Part shown: positions 19,553-29,478 of the stretch, piece by piece
Layout: the number at the start of each line of letters is the position of its first letter
Numbering within the stretch: the first letter of the stretch is position 1
Source: Alphaproteobacteria bacterium
GTDB taxonomy: Bacteria; Pseudomonadota; Alphaproteobacteria; GCA-2731375
DNA: 64,000 nt
Assembly: GCA_965225945.1 (NCBI GenBank)
Contig: CBDDBZ010000032.1
Coordinates: 128,001 to 192,000 of the forward strand
Direction of reading: 5' to 3'
Made by a program: the position numbers and the translations under genes
The notes under the pieces: model-generated
The model's database searches: none
What the model saw: only the letters and a program-made list of their open reading frames with translations
Told to the model about the DNA's origin: nothing

Positions 19553-21157
19553 ATGGCGGAAGCACTGGCGAACGGCGAGGCGCTCGGACGCGTCGTTTCC
19601 CTGAACGGTTCCCGAGTGATCGGTATGTTGAAGGCGGCCCCAGCGGCCGCGGACGATGCGGCGAGTTTGCAGATCGGCTCGCTGATCAAGCTGCAGACCG
19701 GCGACGCCCATGTCTTCGGCATCATCAACGGGATGAGCGTACCGATCCCCTCGCAGGCGCCCGAGGAACAGATGAAGGTCGTCGAGCTGGAGTTGATCGG
19801 CGAGGTCGCCGAACCGACGAACGGCGAGGCGCCGGCCTTCAATCGTGGCGTCTCGCACACGCCCTCGCTGGACGATCTCTTCTATGCCGCCGATGCCTCG
19901 GACGCGCGGATGATCTATACCCGCGACGATGCCGGCGCGATCGAGATCGGCAACCTGCATCACGAGAGCGCGGTACCCGTCCACGTCTCGGTCGACGCGC
20001 TGCTCGGCCGCCACTTCGCCATTCTCGGCAGCACCGGGACCGGCAAGTCCTGCGCGGTCTCGATGGTGCTGCACGGCATCCTGGAGAAGCATCCCCACGC
20101 CCACGTCGTCTTGATGGACCCGCACGGCGAATATGCCCACGCCTTCCGCGATAAGGCGGAGTGCATCGAGCCGGGCGACCTGCAAATCCCTTACTGGCTG
20201 TTCAGCTTCGAGGAACTGGTGGAGATCATCTTCGGCGGCGAGAGCAAGGAGATGGTCACCGAGGTCGCGATCCTTCGCGAGTTCGTGCAGCAGGCCAAGA
20301 CCGCGTTCGCCGCCGATTCCGATTCGACCCTCACCATCACCGTCGACACGCCCGTGCCCTACAAGATGGGCGACCTCTCGCGATTCATCGAGGACACGCT
20401 CGGCCGCCTCGAGAATCGCAACGACCTGGTCCCCTATCAGCGGATCAAGAACCGCCTGGCGGCGCTGCAGACCGATCGGCGTTTCTCCTTCATGTTCCCG
20501 AGCTCCGTGCTGGTGCGCGACAACATGGCCGCCTTCCTGGGGCGGATCTTCCGTATTCCGGTCAACGGCAAGCCGATCTCGATCCTCAACCTTTCCGGCG
20601 TGCCGTCGGACGTGTTGAACGTCGTCGTCTCGGTGCTCTGCCGCATGACCTTCGATCTCGCCATGTGGAGCGATCAGGACACGCCAATCCTTCTGGTCTG
20701 CGAGGAAGCGCACCGCTACACCTCCAGCAGCATGGGCGAGGGCTTCGAGCCGACCCGCCGAGCGCTGGAGCGGATCGCCAAGGAAGGGCGCAAGTACGGC
20801 ATCTCCCTCGCCATCGTCAGCCAGCGCCCCTCCGAACTGGCGGAAAGTGTCCTCTCCCAGTGCAACACCATCTTCGCGCTCCGGATGACCAACCAGGACG
20901 ACCAGGACTTCGTGCGCGCCGCGATGTCGGACGCCAGCGGCGGTCTCCTGGACACGCTCCCCTCGCTCGCCAACGCGGAGGCGATCGTGGTCGGCGACGC
21001 GATCTCGGTGCCGATGCGTATGCGGATCAAGGACCTGCCGCCCGAACAGCGGCCGAAGAGCGCCACCGCCGATTTCGCGACGAGTTGGTCGGAGGAAGGC
21101 GACGGCGAAGCCAAGCTGCAGACGATCGTCCAGCGCTGGCGCCACCAACGCCGTTGA
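19553..21157 (+). CDS. HerA/FtsK-like ATPase (DUF87) with N-terminal HAS-barrel-like region
   Basis: RHFAILGSTGTGKS (Walker A), MDPHGEY, LLVCEEAH (Walker B), IAKEGRKYG and SQRPSEL...LSQCNT. Confidence 0.9.
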   Translation: MAEALANGEALGRVVSLNGSRVIGMLKAAPAAADDAASLQIGSLIKLQTGDAHVFGIINGMSVPIPSQAPEEQMKVVELELIGEVAEPTNGEAPAFNRGVSHTPSLDDLFYAADASDARMIYTRDDAGAIEIGNLHHESAVPVHVSVDALLGRHFAILGSTGTGKSCAVSMVLHGILEKHPHAHVVLMDPHGEYAHAFRDKAECIEPGDLQIPYWLFSFEELVEIIFGGESKEMVTEVAILREFVQQAKTAFAADSDSTLTITVDTPVPYKMGDLSRFIEDTLGRLENRNDLVPYQRIKNRLAALQTDRRFSFMFPSSVLVRDNMAAFLGRIFRIPVNGKPISILNLSGVPSDVLNVVVSVLCRMTFDLAMWSDQDTPILLVCEEAHRYTSSSMGEGFEPTRRALERIAKEGRKYGISLAIVSQRPSELAESVLSQCNTIFALRMTNQDDQDFVRAAMSDASGGLLDTLPSLANAEAIVVGDAISVPMRMRIKDLPPEQRPKSATADFATSWSEEGDGEAKLQTIVQRWRHQRR

Positions 21158-21170
21158 GGCATCGACCACG

Positions 21171-22820
21171 GTGTCGTTCGCGGCGGCGGGCCGAGACGAG
21201 AGTTCGGGCGTGTTGGATCTTCCGCGCGAGCGATGGACCATGCTTGACGCGCTCGCCACGCAGGCGGAGCGTTATGGCGAGCGGAACTTCTGCACTTTCG
21301 AGGACGGCCAGAACCTGAGCCTCGCCGGCCTGGCGCGCGAGAGCGACGCGCTGGCCTCCGCCCTCGCCGACCTCGGCGTCGGCCCGGGCGACCGGGTGAT
21401 GGCCTTCGCCTTCAATTCCCGGGCCTTTCTGGTCAGCCTCTTCGCGACGATGAAGCGCGCGGCGATCTTCGTGCCCGTCAACACCGAGCTGAAGGGGGCC
21501 TTCCTCGAGCATCAGCTCCGCAACACCGAGCCCCGGGTGCTCTTCGTCCACGACGCGCTCCGCGCCGTCTTCGACGGCGTGAAGGAGGACACGCTCGCCG
21601 GCATCGAGCACACGGTCCTGATCGACGGCACGGCAGCAGTGCTGGCGGGAAGCGTCGGCCATGATTTCGAGGACCTGGTGGCGACGCGTGCGCGAATCGA
21701 GGACGTGCATACGGCGCGGCCGCACGACATCTGCATGGTCATGTTCACCTCCGGCACCACCGGCCCCTCCAAGGGAGTGATGATGCCACATGCCCATTGC
21801 CGCCACTTCGGCTGGAGCGCCTGCCGCACCATGGCGATGGACGAAGACGACGTGATGTACATCTGCATGCCCTTCTTCCATGCGATGGGCCTGCTGTTGC
21901 AGCTCTTTTCCTGTCTGCTGTCCGGCGCCCGGGCGCACGTCGTCCGCCGTTTCTCGGCCACCCGCTGGCTCGACGACGTTCGCAACTGCGAAGCGACGCT
22001 CACCTACGGTCTCGGCGTGGTTCCGGAGTTCATCTTTCGCCAGCCCGAGACGGACAACGACGCCGACAACCGGCTCCGAATGATGCTCGCGGTGCCGATC
22101 GGCGATTCCTGGGGCCGGGCCTTCGAGGCGCGCTTCGGCCTCGCGCTGAAACAGGCTTACGGCATGACGGAGAGTAACATTCCCATCTATGGCGACATCG
22201 AGGAGCCGCTGATCGGCGGCTGCGCCGGGCGGGTGGAAACCGACTTTTTCGATCTCCGGGTGGTCGACGCCGAGACCGACCAGCCGCTCGAGGTGGGCGA
22301 GGTGGGCGAGATCGTAGTTCGCCCCAAGGAGCCGTCGTGCTTCATGGCCGGCTACTGGCGGATGCCGGAGCGCACCGTCGAGGCATGGCGGAACCTCTGG
22401 TTTCACACCGGCGACGCCGGCAGGTTTGATTCGGAAGGCCGGCTCCACTTCGTCGACCGGATCAAGGATTGCATCCGCCGCCGGGGGGAAAACATCTCCG
22501 CCTACGAGGTCGAGCAGGTGCTGAACGAACATCCCGACGTCGCCGAGAGTGCGGTGATCGGCGTCAGGGTGGCGGACGGCGGCGGCGAGGAGGAGGTGAT
22601 GGCCCATATCGTGCCGCGCGGACCGGACCCCGATCCGGTCTCCGTACTCGAATGGTGCGTCGCCCGCATGCCGCGCTACGCCGTGCCGCGCTTCATCGCC
22701 CTGGCCGGCGAACTCGACAAGACGCCGAGCGGCAAGCTCCGCAAGCAGGCGCTCCGCGATGCCGGACTCGGCGAACGAACCTGGGACCGTGAAGCGGCCG
22801 GCTACGAGGTACCGAGATAG
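21171..22820 (+). CDS. AMP-binding acyl-CoA ligase (crotonobetaine/carnitine-CoA ligase-like)
   Basis: FTSGTTGPSKG, YGMTE, WFHTGDAG, DRIKDCIRRRGENIS and KTPSGK. Start uncertain. Confidence 0.88.
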   Translation: MSFAAAGRDESSGVLDLPRERWTMLDALATQAERYGERNFCTFEDGQNLSLAGLARESDALASALADLGVGPGDRVMAFAFNSRAFLVSLFATMKRAAIFVPVNTELKGAFLEHQLRNTEPRVLFVHDALRAVFDGVKEDTLAGIEHTVLIDGTAAVLAGSVGHDFEDLVATRARIEDVHTARPHDICMVMFTSGTTGPSKGVMMPHAHCRHFGWSACRTMAMDEDDVMYICMPFFHAMGLLLQLFSCLLSGARAHVVRRFSATRWLDDVRNCEATLTYGLGVVPEFIFRQPETDNDADNRLRMMLAVPIGDSWGRAFEARFGLALKQAYGMTESNIPIYGDIEEPLIGGCAGRVETDFFDLRVVDAETDQPLEVGEVGEIVVRPKEPSCFMAGYWRMPERTVEAWRNLWFHTGDAGRFDSEGRLHFVDRIKDCIRRRGENISAYEVEQVLNEHPDVAESAVIGVRVADGGGEEEVMAHIVPRGPDPDPVSVLEWCVARMPRYAVPRFIALAGELDKTPSGKLRKQALRDAGLGERTWDREAAGYEVPR

Positions 22821-22884
22821 TTCCCTCTGTGAAAGTCCCTCGCTTCACTCAGGGTATTTTTCCTCATTTTCATGTCTTTGTCGG

Positions 22885-22925
22885 TTTGCGAGTTTCTGGG
22901 CTGGAGTTGCCCAGAAACTCGCAAA
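22885..22925. terminator. perfect 17-bp inverted repeat between convergent genes (possible bidirectional terminator)
   Basis: TTTGCGAGTTTCTGGGC-tggagtt-GCCCAGAAACTCGCAAA. Confidence 0.6.
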
Positions 22926-22961
22926 TTCGCCCGCGGAGCCGCCACGAGGGCGGACCTACCC

Positions 22962-23537
22962 TCAGTTCAGCGGCAGGTCGATCGTCGGTAAGCGCTTGTT
23001 GAGGCGCGCCAGGACCTCGGGCGAGATGTCGAAGCGGTCGTCGAAGACCAGAATGGCGCTCCGGGGCAACGTCATCTCGATGCCGCGTTCCTTCATCACC
23101 TCGGCGACCGCATAGCCGAGTTCGCGTCTGAGGTTCGCCATGGCGGTATTGAACGCCTTGTTGAGAACCCTGCGCCGTTCCTCGGTCTGCTTGACCACCG
23201 CCTGGAAGCGCTGTTCCAATTGCTTCTTGCGCTGGTTGAAAGCCTCCGTCGCCAGCACCGCCCGCTGCTTGCGGAGCTTGTCCTGCCGGGTCTTGAGATC
23301 CTTTTTTTGCTGCTCGAGCTCGCGCTCGTAGATCGCGCGGCGGGCGTCGATCGTCTTTTTCGCCTTCTTGCTCGCCTCGGCGCTGCTCAACACCTTCTTT
23401 ACGTCGACGACGGCCAGCACCGGCGGCTTGCCGACCTTGGCGGCGGGATCGGCCTTGGTCTGGGCAAGGACGTCGCTGGCGGCGCCCAGAACGAGCAAAA
23501 CCAGCGCGATCAGCGCGATCGGGGTGCTTCTAACCAT
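22962..23537 (-). CDS. skp: OmpH/Skp-family periplasmic chaperone
   Basis: Signal peptide, AVVDVKKVL, long basic coiled coil, and C-terminal DISPEVLARLNKRLP. Confidence 0.8.
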   Translation of the reverse strand: MVRSTPIALIALVLLVLGAASDVLAQTKADPAAKVGKPPVLAVVDVKKVLSSAEASKKAKKTIDARRAIYERELEQQKKDLKTRQDKLRKQRAVLATEAFNQRKKQLEQRFQAVVKQTEERRRVLNKAFNTAMANLRRELGYAVAEVMKERGIEMTLPRSAILVFDDRFDISPEVLARLNKRLPTIDLPLN

Positions 23538-23634
23538 CGGCCTCGCTTTCGCCGCGTCATCGGTGGGTCGATTCGAGGCCAAACTACCAGACCCCGACGA
23601 GGGCGCCAAACGATCCTCTCGCCCGCCCGTCGCC

Positions 23635-24783
23635 TCAGGCCGCCCGCACGGCGGCGGCCAAGAGCCGGGCACGCGGCACCAACACGCGGCCTTCCATCAG
23701 GCGGCGCGCAGTCCGGGAAACGGTGACGGATCTGGCCTCGGCCGGCGGACCGACCGCGACCACCGCGCCGAGCGTCGATATGCCCGATGGTTGGGCGATC
23801 CGGACGCACTCGGTACGAGCGGTCGCCAGCTCGGCGACCAGCGTTCCGGGTAGGCGCGCCGCCACCGCGAGGCACATCGCACCGGTGAGCGGCAACGCGC
23901 GATGCGGCCGCCCCATGGAGATCATTCGCGCGGTCAGGTCCATGGCATCGGCCTCGAGCCGCTCGCCCGCCAGAGTCTCGGCTTCGGCGGGCGGCGCCAC
24001 GATGGCGATCTTCGGCACGCTGGCGGCGTCCGCCGGCAAGCCCATGGCGCGCCCGGCGGCACGGCGGATCGCCTCCAGCCGTGCCAGCGCGCGCCCGTCG
24101 GCCTCGATCGCCTCCGCCGACTCGGTGCCGTCGAGGCCGACGTCCGCCGCCCGGGCGAAGCAGCCCGCGGTGGTGGCGTCGACCATCGAGACCTCGATCG
24201 AACCGACGCCCTCGACCTCGAGCCAATCGAGCGGATTGCCGCTCGGCAGCAGGCGCCCCGTCGCGGCACCGCCCGGATCCAGGAACGAGAGGCGAATCTC
24301 GGCGCCGGTGCCGGCGACGCCGGGCAGCGCATGCTCGCCGCTCACCGCCGCCCGGCCGTCCACCACGGCGAAACGTGATTCGATGATCTTGTCCGAATTG
24401 GTGTTGTAGAGACGCAGCACCGCCTCGCCGTCCGGAACCTCGACCAGCCCCTCGTCGACGGCGAAGGGACCGATGGCGGAGGTAAGGTTGCCGCAGTTGC
24501 TCGCCCGCTCGACCACCGGCTGGCCGACCGACACTTGCGAGAAGGTGTAGTCGATGTCGGCGTCGTCACGGCTCGACGGCGCCACCACCATCACCTTCGA
24601 GAGCGAGGAGATGCCACCGCCCAGCCCATCGAGCTGGCGCCCGTTCGGGTCGGGGCTGCCGATTGCGGCGAGAAAGATCGCGTCGCGCGCCGCCGGGTCC
24701 GCCGGCAGGTCGCGCTCGTGGAAGAACAACCCTTTCGAGGTGCCGCCCCGCATGAAGATCGCCGCCAAGCTCGTCTGGTCCAT
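23635..24783 (-). CDS. prpF: PrpF-family isomerase
   Basis: FMRGGTSKG, GSPDPNGRQLDGLGGGISSLSK, NCGNL, SMGRPHRA and RTARRLMEG. Confidence 0.88.
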   Translation of the reverse strand: MDQTSLAAIFMRGGTSKGLFFHERDLPADPAARDAIFLAAIGSPDPNGRQLDGLGGGISSLSKVMVVAPSSRDDADIDYTFSQVSVGQPVVERASNCGNLTSAIGPFAVDEGLVEVPDGEAVLRLYNTNSDKIIESRFAVVDGRAAVSGEHALPGVAGTGAEIRLSFLDPGGAATGRLLPSGNPLDWLEVEGVGSIEVSMVDATTAGCFARAADVGLDGTESAEAIEADGRALARLEAIRRAAGRAMGLPADAASVPKIAIVAPPAEAETLAGERLEADAMDLTARMISMGRPHRALPLTGAMCLAVAARLPGTLVAELATARTECVRIAQPSGISTLGAVVAVGPPAEARSVTVSRTARRLMEGRVLVPRARLLAAAVRAA

Positions 24784-24807
24784 GGTCTCGCCTCCCGTTC
24801 GGCCTGC

Positions 24808-25719
24808 TCAGTCGGCGTCCGGCGTCACCATGGGCGTGCCGATCGCGGCGTCGAACTTCTGATATTCGCCATAGCGGATCAGCTCGTAGAGCCGCTGGCG
24901 CGGCTGCATCGAGTTCAGCAGATGGGCCTGCGAACCGCGCTCCAAAATGCCGCGCAAGCCTGTTTCCACCGCACCCATGGCGAGGCGCTGCGCCGTCACC
25001 GGATAGAGCACCAGGTCGATGCCGCAGCGCTCCAGCACCGAGGCATCGAGCAGCTCGGACTTGCCGAACTCGGTCATGTTGGCGAGCAGCATCGGACCCG
25101 GCACCTCGGCGCGGTAGTGGGCGAACTCCGCTTCGTCGGCCAGGGCCTCGGGAAAGATCATCTCGGCGCCCGCCGCGTGAAAGGCGCGGCCGCGCTCGAT
25201 CGCCGCCGCCATGCCGTCGACGGCACGGGCATCGGTGCGGGCGATGATCAAGAAGTTCGGGTCCCGGCGGGCGGCGACGGCGGCGTGAATTTTGCTCGCC
25301 ATCTCCTCGATCGCGACGATCCCCTTGTCGTCCAGATGGCCGCAACGCTTCGGATTGACTTGGTCCTCGACATGGCAGCCGGCGAGCCCGCGCGCCTCGA
25401 GCTCGCGGATCGTGCGGGCGACGTTGATCGCCTCGCCGAAGCCGGTGTCGATATCGATGATGGTGGGGAGCGCCGTCACCCGGGCGATGGCGCCACCGCG
25501 CTCCACCGCCTCGGTCTGGGTGATCAGGCCGACGTCGGGCATGCCCAACTCGGTCGAGAGCGTGGAGGAGCCGACATAGACGCCGTCGAAGCCGGCATCC
25601 TCGACGGCCATGGCGACCAAGGGCGAATAGGCCCCGGCGACGCGCAGGATCCGGCGCTCGGCGAGCGCCGCGCGGAGGCGAGCGCGTTTGGCGGCGGGAT
25701 CAATCTCACTCAGCAACAT
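24808..25719 (-). CDS. prpB: 2-methylisocitrate lyase (ICL/PEP mutase family)
   Basis: DIDTGFGE, EDQVNPKRCGH, IARTDAR and LANMTEFGKS. Confidence 0.85.
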   Translation of the reverse strand: MLLSEIDPAAKRARLRAALAERRILRVAGAYSPLVAMAVEDAGFDGVYVGSSTLSTELGMPDVGLITQTEAVERGGAIARVTALPTIIDIDTGFGEAINVARTIRELEARGLAGCHVEDQVNPKRCGHLDDKGIVAIEEMASKIHAAVAARRDPNFLIIARTDARAVDGMAAAIERGRAFHAAGAEMIFPEALADEAEFAHYRAEVPGPMLLANMTEFGKSELLDASVLERCGIDLVLYPVTAQRLAMGAVETGLRGILERGSQAHLLNSMQPRQRLYELIRYGEYQKFDAAIGTPMVTPDAD

Positions 25720-26294
25720 CGGACCGCGGCTCCGGGTTCGCATCGGGACCGGTATAGAGATCGGGAAAGCGCCGGCGCACCATGAAGCCATCCGCCCGGT
25801 AGGCATGGCAAGAGCCGACCGCCTTGCGGTTGGGATCCTCGCCGCCGGTCGCGCGCGAACGGATCTCCTCCTCGCTCCACAACACCTGCAGCGCCGTGGT
25901 CGCCATTTGCGCCAGCATTTCCTTCATGTGGGTGCAGCCCTCGGCGCCGCCCAGCCGTTCGGCCACCGCGCGGTTCCAGCCGCGGCCGATCCGCAGGCCG
26001 ATCAGCCGGCGATAGCGTGGCGTCACCAGATGGCAGATCTGGTAGGCGCCCGTCGGCATCGCGCCCTCGATATCGCGGACGATGCGATCGTCGTCGATGG
26101 TGAGCCTCAGTAGAATATCGTGGATCGGCTCGCCGGCGGCCCGGTCGCGCTCCGGCATGGGACAGGCGGTCGGTCGGCTGTCGACCAGTTGCGCCTCGAT
26201 GTCCCAAAGGCCGTCGTCACGCTTGTAGCCGTTGATCTCGATCCGTCGGGCGCGCGAGCTCGCGCGCCCGAGGCGTACTGAGCGAGAGGGCCAA
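25706..26294 (-). pseudogene. DUF2889 protein with one frameshift near 26252
   Basis: AAGGAGG RBS and TTG at 26294 read MALSLSTPRARELA. The reading then shifts to RRIEINGYKRDDGLWDIEAQLVD...GCTHMKEML...CHAY. Two bases are missing. Confidence 0.78.
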
Positions 26295-26441
26295 GTCCGT
26301 CCTCCTTGCCGAAAGGTGTTGAGGCCGGAACCTAGTGGTCCAAATCCTCGGCGTCCAGCAAAGAGGAGGGGGGCGGCGCGCGGTCCCGATAATGTGGGTT
26401 CGCGCGCCGCCCGGAATGGGAGGTGGATCGGAACGTTCCGC

Positions 26442-28097
26442 TCAGTTGGCCTGGCGGCGCAGGAAAGAGGGGATCTCCAGGAGATCGTCCTCGTTCCGGG
26501 GCGCCAAGCCGTCCAGGCGTTCCTGCGGCTCGGGCACCGCGGTCTCCTCTGGGATCTCCGCCGGCGTTGTCGCTTCCGTCATCGTCGGTTCGGCCCGCTG
26601 GCCGAAGACGGCACGACGCTCGGCCGGCTCCTCGGCGAGCTTGGCCCGGCCGCCGCCTGTCATGCGGTGGAACAGGCTCATGCCCCGAGAGGCCAGGCGC
26701 GGCTCCGAAGCGTCCGTCGGCTCCGGCGTCGTCTCGGGCTCGGGCGTCGGGTTCGGACGGGCCGAGGACGCGCGCCGGAGGCTCGGCGTCACCGGGCGCG
26801 GCGCAATGAAGGGCGTGTCCTCGACCGGCGCCTCCTCCACCACCTGGCGCGGCATCGCCTCGGGCTCGGGCGCGAGCGGCTTGGGCTGTGGCACCGCCTG
26901 GGCTACCACCCCGCCGGCCGTGGCGAAGAGCGGCGCCTGCGGCTCCTCGGCGACCGCGGGTTCGGCCATCGCTGCGGGCGCCGGCGGGCTCGCGATCGGG
27001 GCGGGCTCGACTGCCGCTTCGGCGGTCGCCGGGGCCGACTGGGCTTCGCCCGGCGCGCCGGGCGCGTCGGCGCCGCGATCGGCGACGGCATAGAGCCTGG
27101 GTTGCGCCGTCGGCGCCCGCTCGACGGCGTGCTCGGCGTCGATGCCGGTGGCCACCACGCTCACCCGCATCCGCCCGTTCAGGCTGTCGTCAAGGGCGGA
27201 GCCGACGATGATGTTGGCGTCGGAATCCACTTCCTGGCGGATCTGGTTTGCCGCCTCGTCGACCTCGTAGAGGGTGAGATCGAGCCCGCCGGTGATGTTG
27301 ATCAGCAGACCGCGGGCGCCGCTCATCGAGACCTCGACCAGAAGCGGGTTGGAGATCGCGGCGGCCGCGGCCTCGATCGCCCGGCTCTCGCCCTCGGCCT
27401 CGCCGGTGCCCATCATCGCCTTGCCCATCTCGCTCATCACCGTCTTGACATCGGCGAAGTCGAGATTGATCAGGCCGGGCATCACCATCAGGTCGGTGAT
27501 GCCACGGACGCCGGAGTTCAGCACCTGATCGGCCATCGAGAAGGCATCGGCGAAGGTGGTCTTCTCGTTGGCGACCCGGAACAGGTTCTGGTTCGGGATC
27601 ACGATCAGGGTATCGACAAAGCTCTGCAACTCCTCGATCCCCGACTCGGCCAGCTTCATCCGGCGCGTGCCCTCGAAGTGGAACGGCTTGGTGACCACGC
27701 CCACCGTCAGAATGCCGGCATCGCGGCAGGCCTGGGCGATCACCGGGGCGCCGCCGGTGCCCGTGCCGCCGCCCATGCCAGCGGTGATGAAGACCATGTG
27801 CGCGGACTGCAGATGATCCATGATCTGTTCGATCGCCTCCTCGGTCGCGGCGCGACCGACCTGCGGCTGGGCACCGCAGCCCAGGCCTTGGGTAATCGTC
27901 GCGCCGAGTTGGATCAGCCGCTTCGAGACGCTCGACGACAGCGCCTGCGCGTCCGTGTTGGCGACCACGAATTCGACTCCTTCAAGACCCGTCTGGATCA
28001 TGTTGTTGACGGCGTTGCCGCCCGCGCCGCCGATGCCGATCACGACGATCTTCGGCTGTAGCTCGGTCACCATCGGTGCCGAAAGATTGAGTGTCAT
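26442..28097 (-). CDS. ftsZ: cell division protein FtsZ
   Basis: [27 protein letters not shown], a long Pro/Ala linker and tail [12 protein letters not shown]; GAGGAGG RBS. Confidence 0.98.
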   Translation of the reverse strand: MTLNLSAPMVTELQPKIVVIGIGGAGGNAVNNMIQTGLEGVEFVVANTDAQALSSSVSKRLIQLGATITQGLGCGAQPQVGRAATEEAIEQIMDHLQSAHMVFITAGMGGGTGTGGAPVIAQACRDAGILTVGVVTKPFHFEGTRRMKLAESGIEELQSFVDTLIVIPNQNLFRVANEKTTFADAFSMADQVLNSGVRGITDLMVMPGLINLDFADVKTVMSEMGKAMMGTGEAEGESRAIEAAAAAISNPLLVEVSMSGARGLLINITGGLDLTLYEVDEAANQIRQEVDSDANIIVGSALDDSLNGRMRVSVVATGIDAEHAVERAPTAQPRLYAVADRGADAPGAPGEAQSAPATAEAAVEPAPIASPPAPAAMAEPAVAEEPQAPLFATAGGVVAQAVPQPKPLAPEPEAMPRQVVEEAPVEDTPFIAPRPVTPSLRRASSARPNPTPEPETTPEPTDASEPRLASRGMSLFHRMTGGGRAKLAEEPAERRAVFGQRAEPTMTEATTPAEIPEETAVPEPQERLDGLAPRNEDDLLEIPSFLRRQAN

Positions 28098-28184
28098 ATC
28101 CACCTCCTCGATGTTGTCTCGTGTCGTTCCGCTAACCACTCGTCGATGTACGCGTTCCGCCCCTATCTCGCCTTCGGACGGCCG

Positions 28185-29423
28185 TCAGAAATACTCCTTG
28201 AACCAGCGTCCGATCCGCCTCAGCCCGCCATGGGCGGCGTTCGCCTCCGCCGCGATCTTGGCTTCCTCGGGCCGTTGAATGACGTGCGCCAGCAGTCCGG
28301 CGCAGGTGGCGAAGGCCGGGCCTTCCGTCGCCTCGGCCAATCCGTGTAGGCGCAGGGGCCGCCCGACCCTCACCTGCTTGTCCAAAATGCGCGCCGCGAG
28401 CTCGCGCACGCCGGTGAGCTGGCAGGCCCCGCCGGTCAGCACGAGGCGGCGGCCGGCGACACCCGTCATGCCGCTCGCCACCAACCGGTCGCGAACCAGC
28501 TCCAGCGTCTCCTCGACACGCGGCTGGATGATGCCGATCAGGATCGAGCGCGGCACCTGCTGGATCGCGTCGGCCCCCGCCTCGCCCACCTGGGGCACGC
28601 TCACCATCTCGCGCTCGTCCGCCGGGCTCGGGATGGCGCTGCCGTAGAGCGTCTTCATCCGCTCGGCGTGTTGCGCGGTGGTCGAGAGCCCACGCGCGAC
28701 ATCGCTGGTGACGTGCCGGCCGCCCACGGGCACGACGTCGGCGAAGACCAGCGCGCCCTCGTGGAAGACGGCGACGTTGGTGGTGCCGCCGCCCATGTCG
28801 ACGACGGTGACGCCCAGATCCATCTCGTCCTCGACCAGGCAGGCGAGGCCGGAGGCGTAACCGGAGGCGACGAAGCCGTCGACCTGCAGGTGGCAGCGCT
28901 CGATCGCCGTTTTCAGATTCCTGAGCGGGCCGTTCGCCGCCGCCAGCACGTGGAGGGTGACGCTCAACCGCTCGCCGTACATGCCTCTCGGATCGCGGAT
29001 CCCCCGGTTGCCGTCGATCGCGTGGCCGACCGGCAGCGCATGCAGTAGCCGCGCATCCCCGACGTCGATGCGCGCGCGCGCCTGGTTCATCACGCGGCGA
29101 AGATCGCCCTCGCCGACCTGGTGGCCGGAGATCGCGACTTCGGTGGAGATCGCGCGCGAGACCATTCGCCCGCAGGTGATGTTGGCGACGACGCCGCGCG
29201 CCGGCTCGCCCGCCATCCGCTCGGCCGCGTCGACGGCGCTCCGGATCGAGGCCTCGACCGCTTCCAGATCGGCGACGGCGCCGGAACGGAGGCCCAAACT
29301 CAACTGATGGCCGATACCCACCACGCGCGCCCCCCCGCCGCCATCGGGCCGCGCGATGAAGCAGCAGACCTTGGAGCAGCCGACGTCGAGCGCGGCGACC
29401 AGACCGTTCCGCGCGCCCGCCAC
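28185..29423 (-). CDS. ftsA: cell division protein FtsA
   Basis: LDVGCSKVCC, DMGGGTT, AERMKTLYG and VLTGG. Confidence 0.97.
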   Translation of the reverse strand: MAGARNGLVAALDVGCSKVCCFIARPDGGGGARVVGIGHQLSLGLRSGAVADLEAVEASIRSAVDAAERMAGEPARGVVANITCGRMVSRAISTEVAISGHQVGEGDLRRVMNQARARIDVGDARLLHALPVGHAIDGNRGIRDPRGMYGERLSVTLHVLAAANGPLRNLKTAIERCHLQVDGFVASGYASGLACLVEDEMDLGVTVVDMGGGTTNVAVFHEGALVFADVVPVGGRHVTSDVARGLSTTAQHAERMKTLYGSAIPSPADEREMVSVPQVGEAGADAIQQVPRSILIGIIQPRVEETLELVRDRLVASGMTGVAGRRLVLTGGACQLTGVRELAARILDKQVRVGRPLRLHGLAEATEGPAFATCAGLLAHVIQRPEEAKIAAEANAAHGGLRRIGRWFKEYF

Positions 29424-29478
29424 TATTCCGACTCCCCTCGCCGCATCGCCACCGTTTCCCCCCGGCCGCTCATGACCG

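Noticed and set aside
18943-22820. YbhB-HerA-CoA ligase as a three-gene defence system
   Set aside because: The flanking genes are common metabolic or housekeeping families with no nuclease or effector, so co-orientation alone is not enough.
26500-27150. Low-complexity Pro/Ala/Glu stretches in FtsZ (and SucB, about 46150-46300)
   Set aside because: These are normal disordered linkers for alphaproteobacterial FtsZ and for E2 subunits.
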